Shown here: one piece after another, positions 42,785 to 53,128 of the stretch | Layout of the letters: every line of letters begins with the position of its first letter | Numbering within the stretch: position 1 is the stretch's first letter | NCBI GenBank assembly: GCA_000004985.1 | Contig: GG738878.1 | DNA from: Naegleria gruberi | Lineage: Eukaryota | DNA length: 64,000 nt | Reading direction: 5' to 3' (one strand) | Position numbers and translations under genes: made by a program | The notes under the pieces: generated by a model | The model's database searches: none | Told to the model about the DNA's origin: nothing | The model's input: the letters and a program-made list of their open reading frames with translations, nothing else

Positions 42785-45700
42785 TTACCACCAATCAGAA
42801 CCAACATTGGAAACTTCTTCAGAGACTGAATTAAAGTTCTTTGTGACTGCCTTGCTTGCTGATGCAAATAAACCTTCGTTGAGTTCATTTTCCAAATCAC
42901 GATGGAAACGATCAGTGATTGGTCTTGTAACAAATTTGAGGTGGAAGGAATAAGTATCCTTTGGCATAACTTTGACCTTTTCTTGTGCCTCCTTTTGGAG
43001 AGTTGCAACTGGGTCAGGTAATAATGAGAACAAAATCTTTTCAAAATTCAAACAGAATTTTTCAAAAGCTTGCTTATTCTCTTTCGTCTTGGAGAACAAC
43101 ATTCCTTTCCACTTGAGTTCCTTTCTGTATTTAGTAATGACCAAGTAGAGAGTTTCAGCAATAACTTTGCAGTGTGGATGACTCTTATATTCGTTAATGT
43201 TTGTTTCAAAGTCCTTCAAGATGACGGATGTATATCTTCCAATTTCATTCTTATAGCTAATTTCCAAGAGCATGTAATAATTAAGGGACCAAATGATAGG
43301 ATGGACATAGTTAACAACAGCACCTCTTTCTTCAGTAAAGAGTGCAGTCTTTAACCATTCAGTTGGTTGTTTCAAAAGTTTCAACTTTCTTTCGAGTGGA
43401 AGTGAAAATATGATAGTATTGAACAATCTACCAAAGTTTGAGCTTACCAAAAATTGGTTGGAAGTCAAATTGTTTTGTGAATCGATAACCAAAAAGTTTT
43501 GAGAATTACCACCTGTTGAAGGGATAAAGAATAAGGAATCGCAAACTGTTGTTGGTAATTCCTTATATTTGGCAGTGCCTAAGGTTGTTTTAGAGAGAGC
43601 TCCACTCTTTTGAGGATTGAACTTGAGGGCATGTGAAGTGTATACTCTGCTTGGGGCCTTTTTCAAGAGTGTTTTTTGAATGTAATCAGTACACTTTCTA
43701 GCCAAGTTACTTTCACCTGGGGTTGAGAGTAAGAACATTTCTTTTAGTTCGGTTTGAGGAATGACATGACCCTTGCATGGCACAAAAAGTCTAGTCTTGA
43801 ACTTTTCAGCATCTACATTACCAATGAAAATTACACCACCTTCTGTTGGCTTTGTATTCTCCTCTTTCCAAGTTGGTCCTCTCAATAATTGTAACAAATC
43901 AGCAGAATCCATATATTGATCATCTCCTTGATTGAACATTGGATGAACAATGAGTTTACCTTCAAATCCACCATTTACCCATGTGATAGGATGTCTATCC
44001 TTTGTTCCTCTCACATAGGATATTCCACCATATCGCTCAATATCCCAAATGTTAACACTAAGTCCCAATCCTTCAAATATCTTGATGTAACATAAAAACT
44101 CAGGTCTTTGAATTTGCTTATCAGTAAAGAATAATACATCGAATGGATTTTGACCTGGTACAGTAGGGAAATAATTTGGAGTCAAACGGATCATACTTTC
44201 AAGGTTTTCAATTTTCTTTCCTCTAAGATGAAGACTAACTTTGAATGGAATAATTTCAAAGAATTGTGCAATATCATTAATTTCAACTTGGAAACTTCTA
44301 GAGTAGGTCATACCAGCTTGAATAAAAGGTATATCTTCTTCAATTCCATTTACTCCATTCAAACCAGGCTCATTATGAACAATAAATCTAGGATCAAATA
44401 CAATATTAAGTTTCAAGTGTTGTCTCTCGCCGACAGTAGAACCATAATTCATCATGGAAATATTCTTAAATGTAACAGTAACAGTGCCTCTCTCTGTTCT
44501 TCCCAACTGTGGTGGAGCAAAAATAGCCTCAAATTGAATTGGGTATTGAATAATGTAGTCATTCTTAAGGAAGGCACCTGGGAATGGTGATGTAAGAAGG
44601 GTTGCAGATGATTGGACTGGGAGAATTGACTTGTAAGGTCCAACACCCATAGGTTCTGGTGTATCAGAGATGGTACCAAAGAATTGGAATGGTATTGTGA
44701 AAATTCCTCCAGGAAGAATAGCTTGATCCAAAACATAAAAAGTATCTGCAGAGAGGAAAGATTGTTGACCTTGAGTACTAGGGAAGGAAATTACTGTTCC
44801 TACTGGCAAAATCATACCACCTTGGTTGGATAAAGTGACAGCAGATACAAATACAGTTTCACCAGGTTCAAAAACTCCATCATCTTCAGTTGCAAAGAGT
44901 TGGAAAGAAGTAACAAACAAATCAAATACAGATGTACCCTGATCCAAAATGTTATTAGTTATTGGATCATAGACACGGAAGAGTAAACTTCCAGGCATGC
45001 CATCTTGACCGTCTTGACCTCCCATACCCCTAAAATTTTTTGAAATTGAATAATGTTTGTTAATAGTTGATACTTACTGTCTTCCTGATTGACCATTTTG
45101 ACCTGATTGACCACTTCTACCATCTGAACCTCTTTCTCCAGAGCTAAGACTTTCACTATCAACAGGTTGCCCTGCAGAACCACCACTACCACCACTGCCT
45201 CCACTGCCACCACTACCGCCATGACCACCACTACCACCACATCCTGGATCACCTCCGTAACCTCTTCTACCAGCCCTACATTCAGCTTGAACAAATTTTA
45301 AAAGGGCTGGATTATGTGTTTCAATAACTACACTTCCACCACTTCCTCCATTTCCTCCACTATTGGATTTAAAATTAATTGAGTCTATAAGAAACTTACT
45401 TGGCTCCATTTCCACCACTAATAATTGTTGAATAAATTATATGCAACTTTCCAATACTTACTCTGCACCATCTCCACCACTATTAAAATAATAAAATTTA
45501 ATTGAACTAGCTCACAAATACTTACTTTCCACCACTATTTTCAAAAAATTAATATTCCAAAAATGAAAACATTTCCAAAACTTACTTTCCACCACTAAAT
45601 GCATTTCATTAGTAAACTTTGATTTCTAAATACTTACTCTCCACCACTAGATACATTTAAATTCACAACTAATTCTAGTAATACTTACTCTCCACCATCC

Positions 45701-46430
45701 CCTCCATTACAACCTTTATTACCAGATTTACCACTACCTCCACTACCACCGCTTCCACCACTTCCACCATTGCCACCACTTCCTCCACTACCACCATGAC
45801 CACCACTAAATTTTGAATGAATTATTATCATGCATGAATAGATTACCAGTACTTACTCGCCACCATCTCCTCCATTTGCCAAAAAGACCAAAACCTTTCC
45901 AGCTCCATCATCCAAACACAATGTTTCATTAGCAGTACCACTCACAACAATGGACTTGTGGTTAACTCCTTCAATTGTCACTTTAATATTACCAGCGCTC
46001 TGTGCACTAGTTCCACTTGTACCACTTCATGAAATAATGATCAATAAAAAGGGTGTCCCAATTACTGCTACTACTTACTGCTCACCATGTGTTGCTCTTC
46101 CTCCGCTGGAATATATTAGTATTTCAAACAAATCATTGCTACTTACTGACTACCATTGGTACCATTACCACCTCTCTGACCACTAGAACCCCAAGAACCA
46201 GAATTTCCACTCTATTTCATCATGATGATAAAAAAACAATGATATCCTATGGATGATACTTACACTTCCCCAACTTCCTGAATGCCCACTATTAATAATA
46301 AGAAAAATAATGATCATCATCAAATAGTATAAACATTTTCATGTTATCCAATAAAAACCCACCTAAAACCCGAAACACCCGAAATTCCAGGTTTCCCAGA
46401 AACGTCTACTATAATTGAATTTTTGAGCAT
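42785..46430 (-). CDS. collagen-like (Gly-X-Y) repeat protein with large C-terminal globular domain; 13 exons: 46363..46430, 46264..46288, 46147..46211, 46079..46105, 45857..46024, 45689..45805, 45638..45646, 45586..45594, 45526..45534, 45462..45479, 45400..45417, 45078..45360, 42785..45029
   Basis: Every junction has a GTAAGT donor (the first is GTGGGT) and an (A/T)AG acceptor. Only one reading phase stays open through all exons (phase 2 at the micro-exons). The reconstructed N-terminus is MLKNSIIVDVS-GKP-GIS-GVS-GFS-GHS-GSW-GSS-GNS-GSW-GSS-GQR-GGN-GTN-GSH-GGR... followed by ..NIKVTIEGVNHKSIVVSGTANETLCLDDGAGKVLVFLANGGDGG. Then come DGGHGGSGGSGGNGGSGGSGGSGGSGKSGNKGCNGGDGGE, the micro-exons DGG / DGG / NGG / NGGDGA / DGGNGA, then NGGNGGSGGSVVIETHNPALLKFVQAECRAGRRGYGGDPGCGGSGG..GSDGRSGQSGQNGQSGRQ|GMGGQDGQDGMPG, then a 735-aa non-repetitive domain. 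Confidence 0.65.
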
Positions 46431-46829
46431 TTTTTTTTGCTTTTTAAAAAATTGGATTTTCAACGATGAAACCCCGCCAATTTCCTTCTTTAGAACCGTA
46501 ATTCACAGGAACAAAGTAGGAACATTTACAGCCATTTGTTATCCTTTGCGAATATTTCAATTGTGTTGTGTGTAACACTTGCAAATGTGAGGACGTTGAA
46601 GTTCGCTTGGTTGTGGCAATAGATATATCTCCATGTTGGCCAGATTGTTATTTTTCAATTTCAAAATTGAATTATTGCTTAACTGTTCGCCTTACTTTGG
46701 GCTTGAATAAGGATTTACTGGTCATTAAAGCAAAGGAAAACTTAATTTCTCATCATCTGTTGTGGTTTTGAGTCTATTTCATCTTTGATTGTAAATTCCA
46801 TTAAAAAATAAAAATCAGAATTAAAAAAA

Positions 46830-48485
46830 ATGGATGCATTGTGTTTGGAATTGATCTTTTCCTACTGTTTACCTCATAGTATATTTTCGGTGTGTAGTTT
46901 GGTGTGTAGAGAGTGGTCCGAGTTGATCCGATCAAGAGATTTCTTCAAAAGATATTCGAAAATGAAAATGCGATCTGTGGTGGGACCTTTTAATTGGATT
47001 GAAATGATGAGTTGTGTCGATTATGAATTTTATGAATTAATTTCATCCTTTTTATATTCGGTCAAGTCTGAAAATTGTCGAATTTTACCAAATCACATTC
47101 AAATAATGGTTCCATCGAGTGATCACGATCGGAAATATTTAATTTTCTATGATCGGGAAGAGAAACTCTATAGAATATTGAAAGATGAGAAAGATGAAAT
47201 GATTCCCTATCATGAAGAGGATGATGGAATGGGTAAAATTAAAGAGCTTGTGAAGAGTGCAAAGGTAGTTTCGGCTAAAATTAATTCAGAAACTTTCTAT
47301 TCGGTTGATCTTATGCATACCCATACGGAGTGTCAGCAAGAAGGCTTGGAATGGTTGTTGCAACAGCAAACAAAATATTTCGACCATATTCCTACGGAAT
47401 TCTTTTTCAGTATTTTGGATTTTCACACAAATCCATCAAGTTTTAGGTTTGACAGATTTTGTATAGGAGGGGAGTTGTTAAATGCGTTGAAACATGAAAA
47501 AATTCTGCCTGAATCCCATAATACTCAATTCAAGCATTTCAATGTAACAAAAATTGGAACCAAAGCTTCAAATTTGTGGAATTATCCTTACGAAGGAGCA
47601 CTGGAGAGATTGTTCAATAGAGGTAAATTGAGTAATGAGTTGGGAATTGATTTGATTCATAGAGGATTTGAAATTTCAATGCGTACATTGATTTCAAAAG
47701 ATTCTCAATTGGCTCTTGATCTAACAGTTGAATATTGTAAAGTGAATCAAATTGATTTGTTGAGGAAGATTGCCATGAAAGATCATGTTCATATTACAAA
47801 CGCTGTGGAAATGTTTTACTATTTCACATGTTGCGTTTTTCAAATTCCTATCTGGCTCTATTCTCCTTCTAATAGATGGATTGATTATATCAAAAATTTG
47901 GATTCTAATATTCATTTTCCATTTGCTTCAAAATGTGAAACTCTATCAGAAGAATTACAAATGCCAAGAGTCTGCCTCCTTGCTAAGAAATCCCTTCAAG
48001 ATTCCTCTTATGGAAGAATTCAATTGGACAGACTATCTTACATTACGAAGAATTATGTAAAATCTGTGAATATTCAATATATCGAAGAAGATTTAGTGCA
48101 ATACGATAAACTCAATGAGGAATTTTCACACTATGACTGTATCATATATTGCGTGGAGAGATTAGATACCAGTACTAATAACAAAGAAGAGAAAGGAATT
48201 GATTTTAATGTGTTGAAACATTTGGCTGAAAGTGGAAAGAGAATTTGCTTTATGTTTAAAATAGAGAATTTGAAAAACTTCCCAAAATCACCAATTCCAT
48301 TACTGAAACATGTCAAATGTGGTCTATTTGAGTTTTCTGAACGAAACATTCACACTCTCATTACAGGACGAGATATAGACATTAAGGAAACTAAATATAA
48401 GGGTGTTGATCCTTGTCCACCTCCACCAACTCAAAACAATGATGATGATGAAGAAGAAGAATATTATTCTAGCATCTTTTATTAA
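46830..48485 (+). CDS. F-box protein, otherwise uncharacterised, acidic C-terminus
   Basis: 551-aa single ORF. The N-terminal F-box is MDALCLELIFSYCLPHSIFSVCSLVCREWSELIRSRDFFKRY. The C-terminus is ..NNDDDEEEEYYSSIFY. Confidence 0.55.
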   Translation: MDALCLELIFSYCLPHSIFSVCSLVCREWSELIRSRDFFKRYSKMKMRSVVGPFNWIEMMSCVDYEFYELISSFLYSVKSENCRILPNHIQIMVPSSDHDRKYLIFYDREEKLYRILKDEKDEMIPYHEEDDGMGKIKELVKSAKVVSAKINSETFYSVDLMHTHTECQQEGLEWLLQQQTKYFDHIPTEFFFSILDFHTNPSSFRFDRFCIGGELLNALKHEKILPESHNTQFKHFNVTKIGTKASNLWNYPYEGALERLFNRGKLSNELGIDLIHRGFEISMRTLISKDSQLALDLTVEYCKVNQIDLLRKIAMKDHVHITNAVEMFYYFTCCVFQIPIWLYSPSNRWIDYIKNLDSNIHFPFASKCETLSEELQMPRVCLLAKKSLQDSSYGRIQLDRLSYITKNYVKSVNIQYIEEDLVQYDKLNEEFSHYDCIIYCVERLDTSTNNKEEKGIDFNVLKHLAESGKRICFMFKIENLKNFPKSPIPLLKHVKCGLFEFSERNIHTLITGRDIDIKETKYKGVDPCPPPPTQNNDDDEEEEYYSSIFY

Positions 48486-48507
48486 TAGATATTAATGTGA
48501 AACAATA

Positions 48508-49410
48508 TTATTGTTGATTGATTGTTTTGAATAATCTTGGTTTGATATCTTGGAAGAGATTACTATTGGAGCTTTCAACTCTTCTTCCTGAAATAATTGT
48601 CCATCTTAATTGCTCCAAAAGAATTGGAAATAATTCACTTGGAGAATTTAACTTTTCGGCAATTCTTTCTTGGATGGATTTAATCCAATCAGCTGCTGTT
48701 TGATCTTGTTTGAATTCAATATTTTCACCATGAATGAAATGAGCAATTTCCTTAACTGTCAAAGTGTCAGAAGCAACATTAATATCACCAACAATATCCT
48801 TTCTGATAGCAGCTTTAGCTACAAACTTTCCAATATCTTCTAAAAAGCTAACATCAACCTTTTCACTCAAATCACCATTGTAATGAACTGTCTTGGTTTC
48901 TGTGTCAAACTTGTTGAATAATAAGAAGGAAGCCATATGAGCAAAGATTCCAACATTCACTTGAGTCCATTCTAAACCACTTTGTTTGATAGTTTCAGTA
49001 ATTTTGAACTTGGCATCATTTAACATACTTTCCTCAGGTTTGAAAAGATTTAAATTCAAACCATAGGTTGTTGGAAGGTACTTTTTTACACCTGCCTTCT
49101 TGGAAGCTTCAATGAGTTTCAATTGACCTTGAAGCAATAGCTCAGGATTAGCTGCAAGAGCAGTGATGACTACCTCTTTACCAGACAATGCATTTACGAG
49201 CTCCTCTTCACTTGTTGAGAGAATATCCCCAACAATTACATTAGCTCCCTTTTCTTTCAAAGAGGCAACCTTTTCCTCATTTCTAACATGCAAGGTCAAC
49301 TTGACTTGTGGGTAATGTTCTAAGATTGCTTTGGCAATTTCGAGACCACAATTTCCACCAGCTCCAATAACAATTACAGAAGTGTATTGATTTTGTTGAG
49401 TAGAAGACAT
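48508..49410 (-). CDS. NmrA-like / isoflavone-reductase-like NAD(P)-binding oxidoreductase (atypical SDR)
   Basis: 300 aa. The Rossmann motif is VIVIGAGGNCGLEIAKAIL, and the family layout HVRNEEK..LKEKGANVIVGDI.. is present. Confidence 0.7.
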   Translation of the reverse strand: MSSTQQNQYTSVIVIGAGGNCGLEIAKAILEHYPQVKLTLHVRNEEKVASLKEKGANVIVGDILSTSEEELVNALSGKEVVITALAANPELLLQGQLKLIEASKKAGVKKYLPTTYGLNLNLFKPEESMLNDAKFKITETIKQSGLEWTQVNVGIFAHMASFLLFNKFDTETKTVHYNGDLSEKVDVSFLEDIGKFVAKAAIRKDIVGDINVASDTLTVKEIAHFIHGENIEFKQDQTAADWIKSIQERIAEKLNSPSELFPILLEQLRWTIISGRRVESSNSNLFQDIKPRLFKTINQQ

Positions 49411-49717
49411 TATTATAGAATTCTAGGTAATAAATTACAAGAGATATTCAGTTGTTTTTTTGTTGTTGTTTTTTGGATCATGGTTTCAAAATCTCTTCCT
49501 TAAATACTGTGTCAGTATAGTTTGGCAATAGACACAAGTAATGATATTTGTGCGTCCTCGTTTAACAGCAAAACGGACACATATGTTGCTCTGTGTCGGA
49601 AATGAATCCCGACCAAGTAGTTTTACAAAATAAAAGATTTTCAAGTGAGAACTTTCAAAGATTTGAGCTTATTAATTATTTTCAAACCTTAGCCTTTTCC
49701 GAAAATATGGAAATTAT

Positions 49718-51055
49718 TTATAAAATTTCAACATTACATGAATCAATTTGTTTTACAAAGTCAGATCCAAAACATAGGGATGGAGTGAGACAACCACTTT
49801 CAATCTTCAAATCGTGTCCAGTGAGAATCTTCAAAGCACTCAAAAGAGCTGATTCGGCAGTGAATAAATAACCTGCTTTTGTTACAGCTCTTCCAGAAAC
49901 CTTCTTATCACCACAAGTTAAACAACCAGAGATGTGAACTCTATCTTTTTCAGTTTCTTCTGGACCCTTTGGCATGAATATGTCAATAGCTTTGAACATG
50001 AGTGGTACAACAAATGGCAAATTGAATAAGAGGAAGAAGAGAATAGTCACAAACCAAATATTGTAAATTCTGGCAACAGTTGGAGCATTCTTTGAGGATG
50101 TGAAATAAACTCTAATATTTGGAACTTGAGTACTGACATAACCAGTTGCAATATCACCCCATGGAACTGACATGCAAGTTAAAGATTTGGTATTTTTGGT
50201 TGTTTCATCATAAAACTCAAAATCCTTAGCAACAAGTGGATGTGGACCAATCTTGTGATTAACTCTTTCTGGGAATCCCCAAGGAGCTTCCTTCATCATA
50301 TTGACTGCACTCTTAGTTGTACCTCTAGACATGCCAGATTTACCAGTATTAATTGCAAGTTCAATTTGAGCCTTAGAATCATGAGAAGCTCCCTCACCAT
50401 ACTTTTTATCAAAAGCTTCTTGAAGAGATTTGGCCAAACAATCAGTTGGAACAACATCGAAACCAACCTATGAAAATTAAAGATTTTTCAAAGTTAATTA
50501 TTCATCTACTTACTCCAGGCATTAAAATGATATTCTTTTGTTTGGCAGCAATTTTACAAGCTTCATTTTCGAGAATACTTTGGAATACAGTATCTATTCG
50601 AATTTCAAATAATTATTAGAAATTAATATCAACAAATCAAATGATATTAGAAAGGCTTAAAAAAACAATTCAAACCTACACTCTCCAGTAATATCAATAT
50701 AATGAACACCAGTTCTCAAACAACTATCAACAACTCTCTTTGAAGTATGAGCAAAAGGTCCAGCAACCAACATGACAAGATCAACCTTTCCAATATGTTC
50801 ATCCAAATCCCTATCATCCAAACCAAACACTTGATATTCAACACTATTTTCTTCAATTTGTTGTCTCTTCATCATACTTTTAAGTTGTTCTCCCGATCGT
50901 CCAGCCAAAACAACTCTATTCAATAAATTAAATTTCTTTACTAATTTTACAACAAGTTCTCCTGTATAACCATAGGCACCATAAATCATAAATTTCTGGC
51001 CGGCTGATAATTTGCCGATCAGAGTTTGAATTAATTGATCGTAATTTAAAGACAT
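49718..51055 (-). CDS. saccharopine-dehydrogenase-like oxidoreductase (SCCPDH family); 3 exons 50680..51055, 50514..50593, 49718..50467
   Basis: Exon 1 is MSLNYDQLIQTLIGKLSAGQKFMIYGAYGYTGELVV..VHYIDITGE, with donor GTAGGT (phase 1). Exon 2 is YTVFQSILENEACKIAAKQKNIILMPG, with donor GTAAGT. Exon 3 is VGFDVVPTDCLAKSLQEAF... and includes the hydrophobic segment IWFVTILFFLLFNLPFVV typical of SCCPDH. Confidence 0.8.
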
Positions 51056-51224
51056 TTTTTTTGTGTTACTTTTTAAACTTCCGAAAAGTTTTTGGAATTT
51101 TTTTCTTTCTTTGCGGAAGGACTAATCGGAGAGAAATTAGGAGAATACTATTGAGATTCTCATGGATTCTAGAAAATAATGGTAAGGTTATGGAGATGGA
51201 GATGAAGGTATGTGAATGAATGGC

Positions 51225-52772
51225 TTAATGATGTTTGGATTTGATTTCTTTAAATCCTAATGTTCTCTTTGTTTGTTCGTAGACTGCAAAGCTTACTGCA
51301 TGAGCTGGAATTCCCTTAATGAGAGAAGGAATGAAACCTTTGAACATGGCAGAGTAACCTTCCTTTTGGACAATTTTAACACAGGCATCAATCATTCCAT
51401 TGTAGACCTTGGCTGTCTTGACTTGTCCATGCAAATCCTGTTGAACTGTTTTGGTTGTCACTTTGAGTTGATGAGCTCCTTGAGTAATCATACGAGTGTT
51501 CAATACATGGAGAGGATAGAAAATGATTTGACTCAATAGTGAGGAGGCACTACCACAAAACATGAGACCAGTCACTGAAGGATTATTCCCAAAGACTGTA
51601 GCACGAATCCATTCATAGCTCATTAAGGAGAATCCTGAAGACCAAATAGTTCCCAAAATGGATGGAGTTAAACCTCTAAAGAATGGTACGACATATCCCT
51701 CATGTTGGGCAATTGTCTTGATGGCATCCATAATTCCTTTATATTCATCAGCAGGTGCAACAGATAGTCTAGTTTTTACGACTTCGAGAGGATAGAGAGC
51801 CGTATGGCAAGTCACACCTGAAGCTGAACCAGCAATGAAAGTTTGCCAATTTGAACCATGTCCACCATTCATATCACTGAGAATCTTTTTAACTCTCTCG
51901 AAAACTGCAAATTTAATGGCCTTCTCTGGAGCAGATTTGAGAATATTTACACCATTACCTCTAAAGAGACCCTTAATTCCACTCTCCATGTACATTTCCT
52001 TGAAACCAACCAAGATTGAAGGTGGTTTCCTTGTTTGAACTTGATATAAAATCTTGAGTCTTTCCAATGGAGCTGTAACAGTTTTACTGATAGCACCTGA
52101 AAGTGCACCAGCTATCAGTGCTTTAGAAGTATTATTGAGATAGGAGAAATTATTAGTATTTTCTCTAATTGACTTGTCCATAATTATCAAATCGACGTCA
52201 TCTCTAATGAGAGAAGAGGCATCTCTCCAATATTCTACAATTGAAGCAATATTTACATCTGGAACAAGTGTCAATAAATTACACCACTCTTCAAATGAGA
52301 TTACTCCATCTCCATTCGCATCAATTCTCTTCATTAATTGTTTAACAACTTGTGGAGCTAGAGGATAATTAGCATTGGTGTCTGTTGATTTTTGAAAAAC
52401 TTGAGAAACACCCCTAGAAACCTCATCCATATCCAAGAAACCATCACCATTCTTATCCAAATCAGAAAAGATGACACGAAGCTCCGATCTCCTCTTTCTA
52501 ACATAATTTGAAAATTCCTCGAAGGTAATTCTTTGATCATGATTAAAATCCATCTGATCAAAGGCTCCATTTACATTGGCAGAAGGGAGTTGTAGTTCTC
52601 TGATCCCTTTTTCTAATTCTTCCTTATCAATAAAGTGATCATTATTTATATCTAGTTTTTTAAATAATAATTCGAGAGAGGCATCATCTGTGTTATTATT
52701 ACTACTAGGTGATGAAGAGGAATTTGATGAAATATTGTTGCTGATGGTTGATGGTTGTTCTGTACTCGTCAT
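51225..52772 (-). CDS. calcium-binding mitochondrial carrier (SCaMC / ATP-Mg-Pi carrier type): 4 EF-hands + 3 mitochondrial-carrier repeats
   Basis: 515 aa. The EF loops are DINNDHFIDKEE, DFNHDQRITFEE, DKNGDGFLDMDE and DANGDGVISFEE. The carrier signatures are PLERLKILYQVQ, PLEVVKTRLSV and PLHVLNTRMITQ. Confidence 0.85.
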   Translation of the reverse strand: MTSTEQPSTISNNISSNSSSSPSSNNNTDDASLELLFKKLDINNDHFIDKEELEKGIRELQLPSANVNGAFDQMDFNHDQRITFEEFSNYVRKRRSELRVIFSDLDKNGDGFLDMDEVSRGVSQVFQKSTDTNANYPLAPQVVKQLMKRIDANGDGVISFEEWCNLLTLVPDVNIASIVEYWRDASSLIRDDVDLIIMDKSIRENTNNFSYLNNTSKALIAGALSGAISKTVTAPLERLKILYQVQTRKPPSILVGFKEMYMESGIKGLFRGNGVNILKSAPEKAIKFAVFERVKKILSDMNGGHGSNWQTFIAGSASGVTCHTALYPLEVVKTRLSVAPADEYKGIMDAIKTIAQHEGYVVPFFRGLTPSILGTIWSSGFSLMSYEWIRATVFGNNPSVTGLMFCGSASSLLSQIIFYPLHVLNTRMITQGAHQLKVTTKTVQQDLHGQVKTAKVYNGMIDACVKIVQKEGYSAMFKGFIPSLIKGIPAHAVSFAVYEQTKRTLGFKEIKSKHH

Positions 52773-53128
52773 ATTTTTTTTGATTGTGAAAAGAATAATA
52801 TGAACTGATCCTTATCTCCTCCTATGATCCAACAAAATATAATTGAGCTTGTTCAGCTTTTCACAAGCAACAATAAATATAATATCATCATAAATATTAT
52901 GTAATGATATTGTTGAATATCAAAGGTAGTTATCATAGATTATGAACTTGAAAGTTCCAAAAACAAATTAATTGTTGTTTTTTTAGAATTTTATTTGATA
53001 TTTTGGAATATCCAAATAAGAGTGGAAGTCCAAATTTAAAGTCTAGAAGTGTAGGTGTGTTGATTTATAGTTGTGTGTACAAAATGTGGTGTTGTGGTTG
53101 GTGAAAATTGGTGTAATGATTGACAAAA

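Noticed and set aside
45380-45660. Interpreting the TGGTGGAGA / CTTACT periodicity as a non-coding minisatellite or a degenerate transposon terminal repeat
   Set aside because: Each unit carries its own canonical acceptor and GTAAGT donor. The units are exact multiples of 3 nt, only one phase is open through them, and in that phase they continue the Gly-X-Y register of the flanking long exons. That is too many coincidences for a non-coding repeat.
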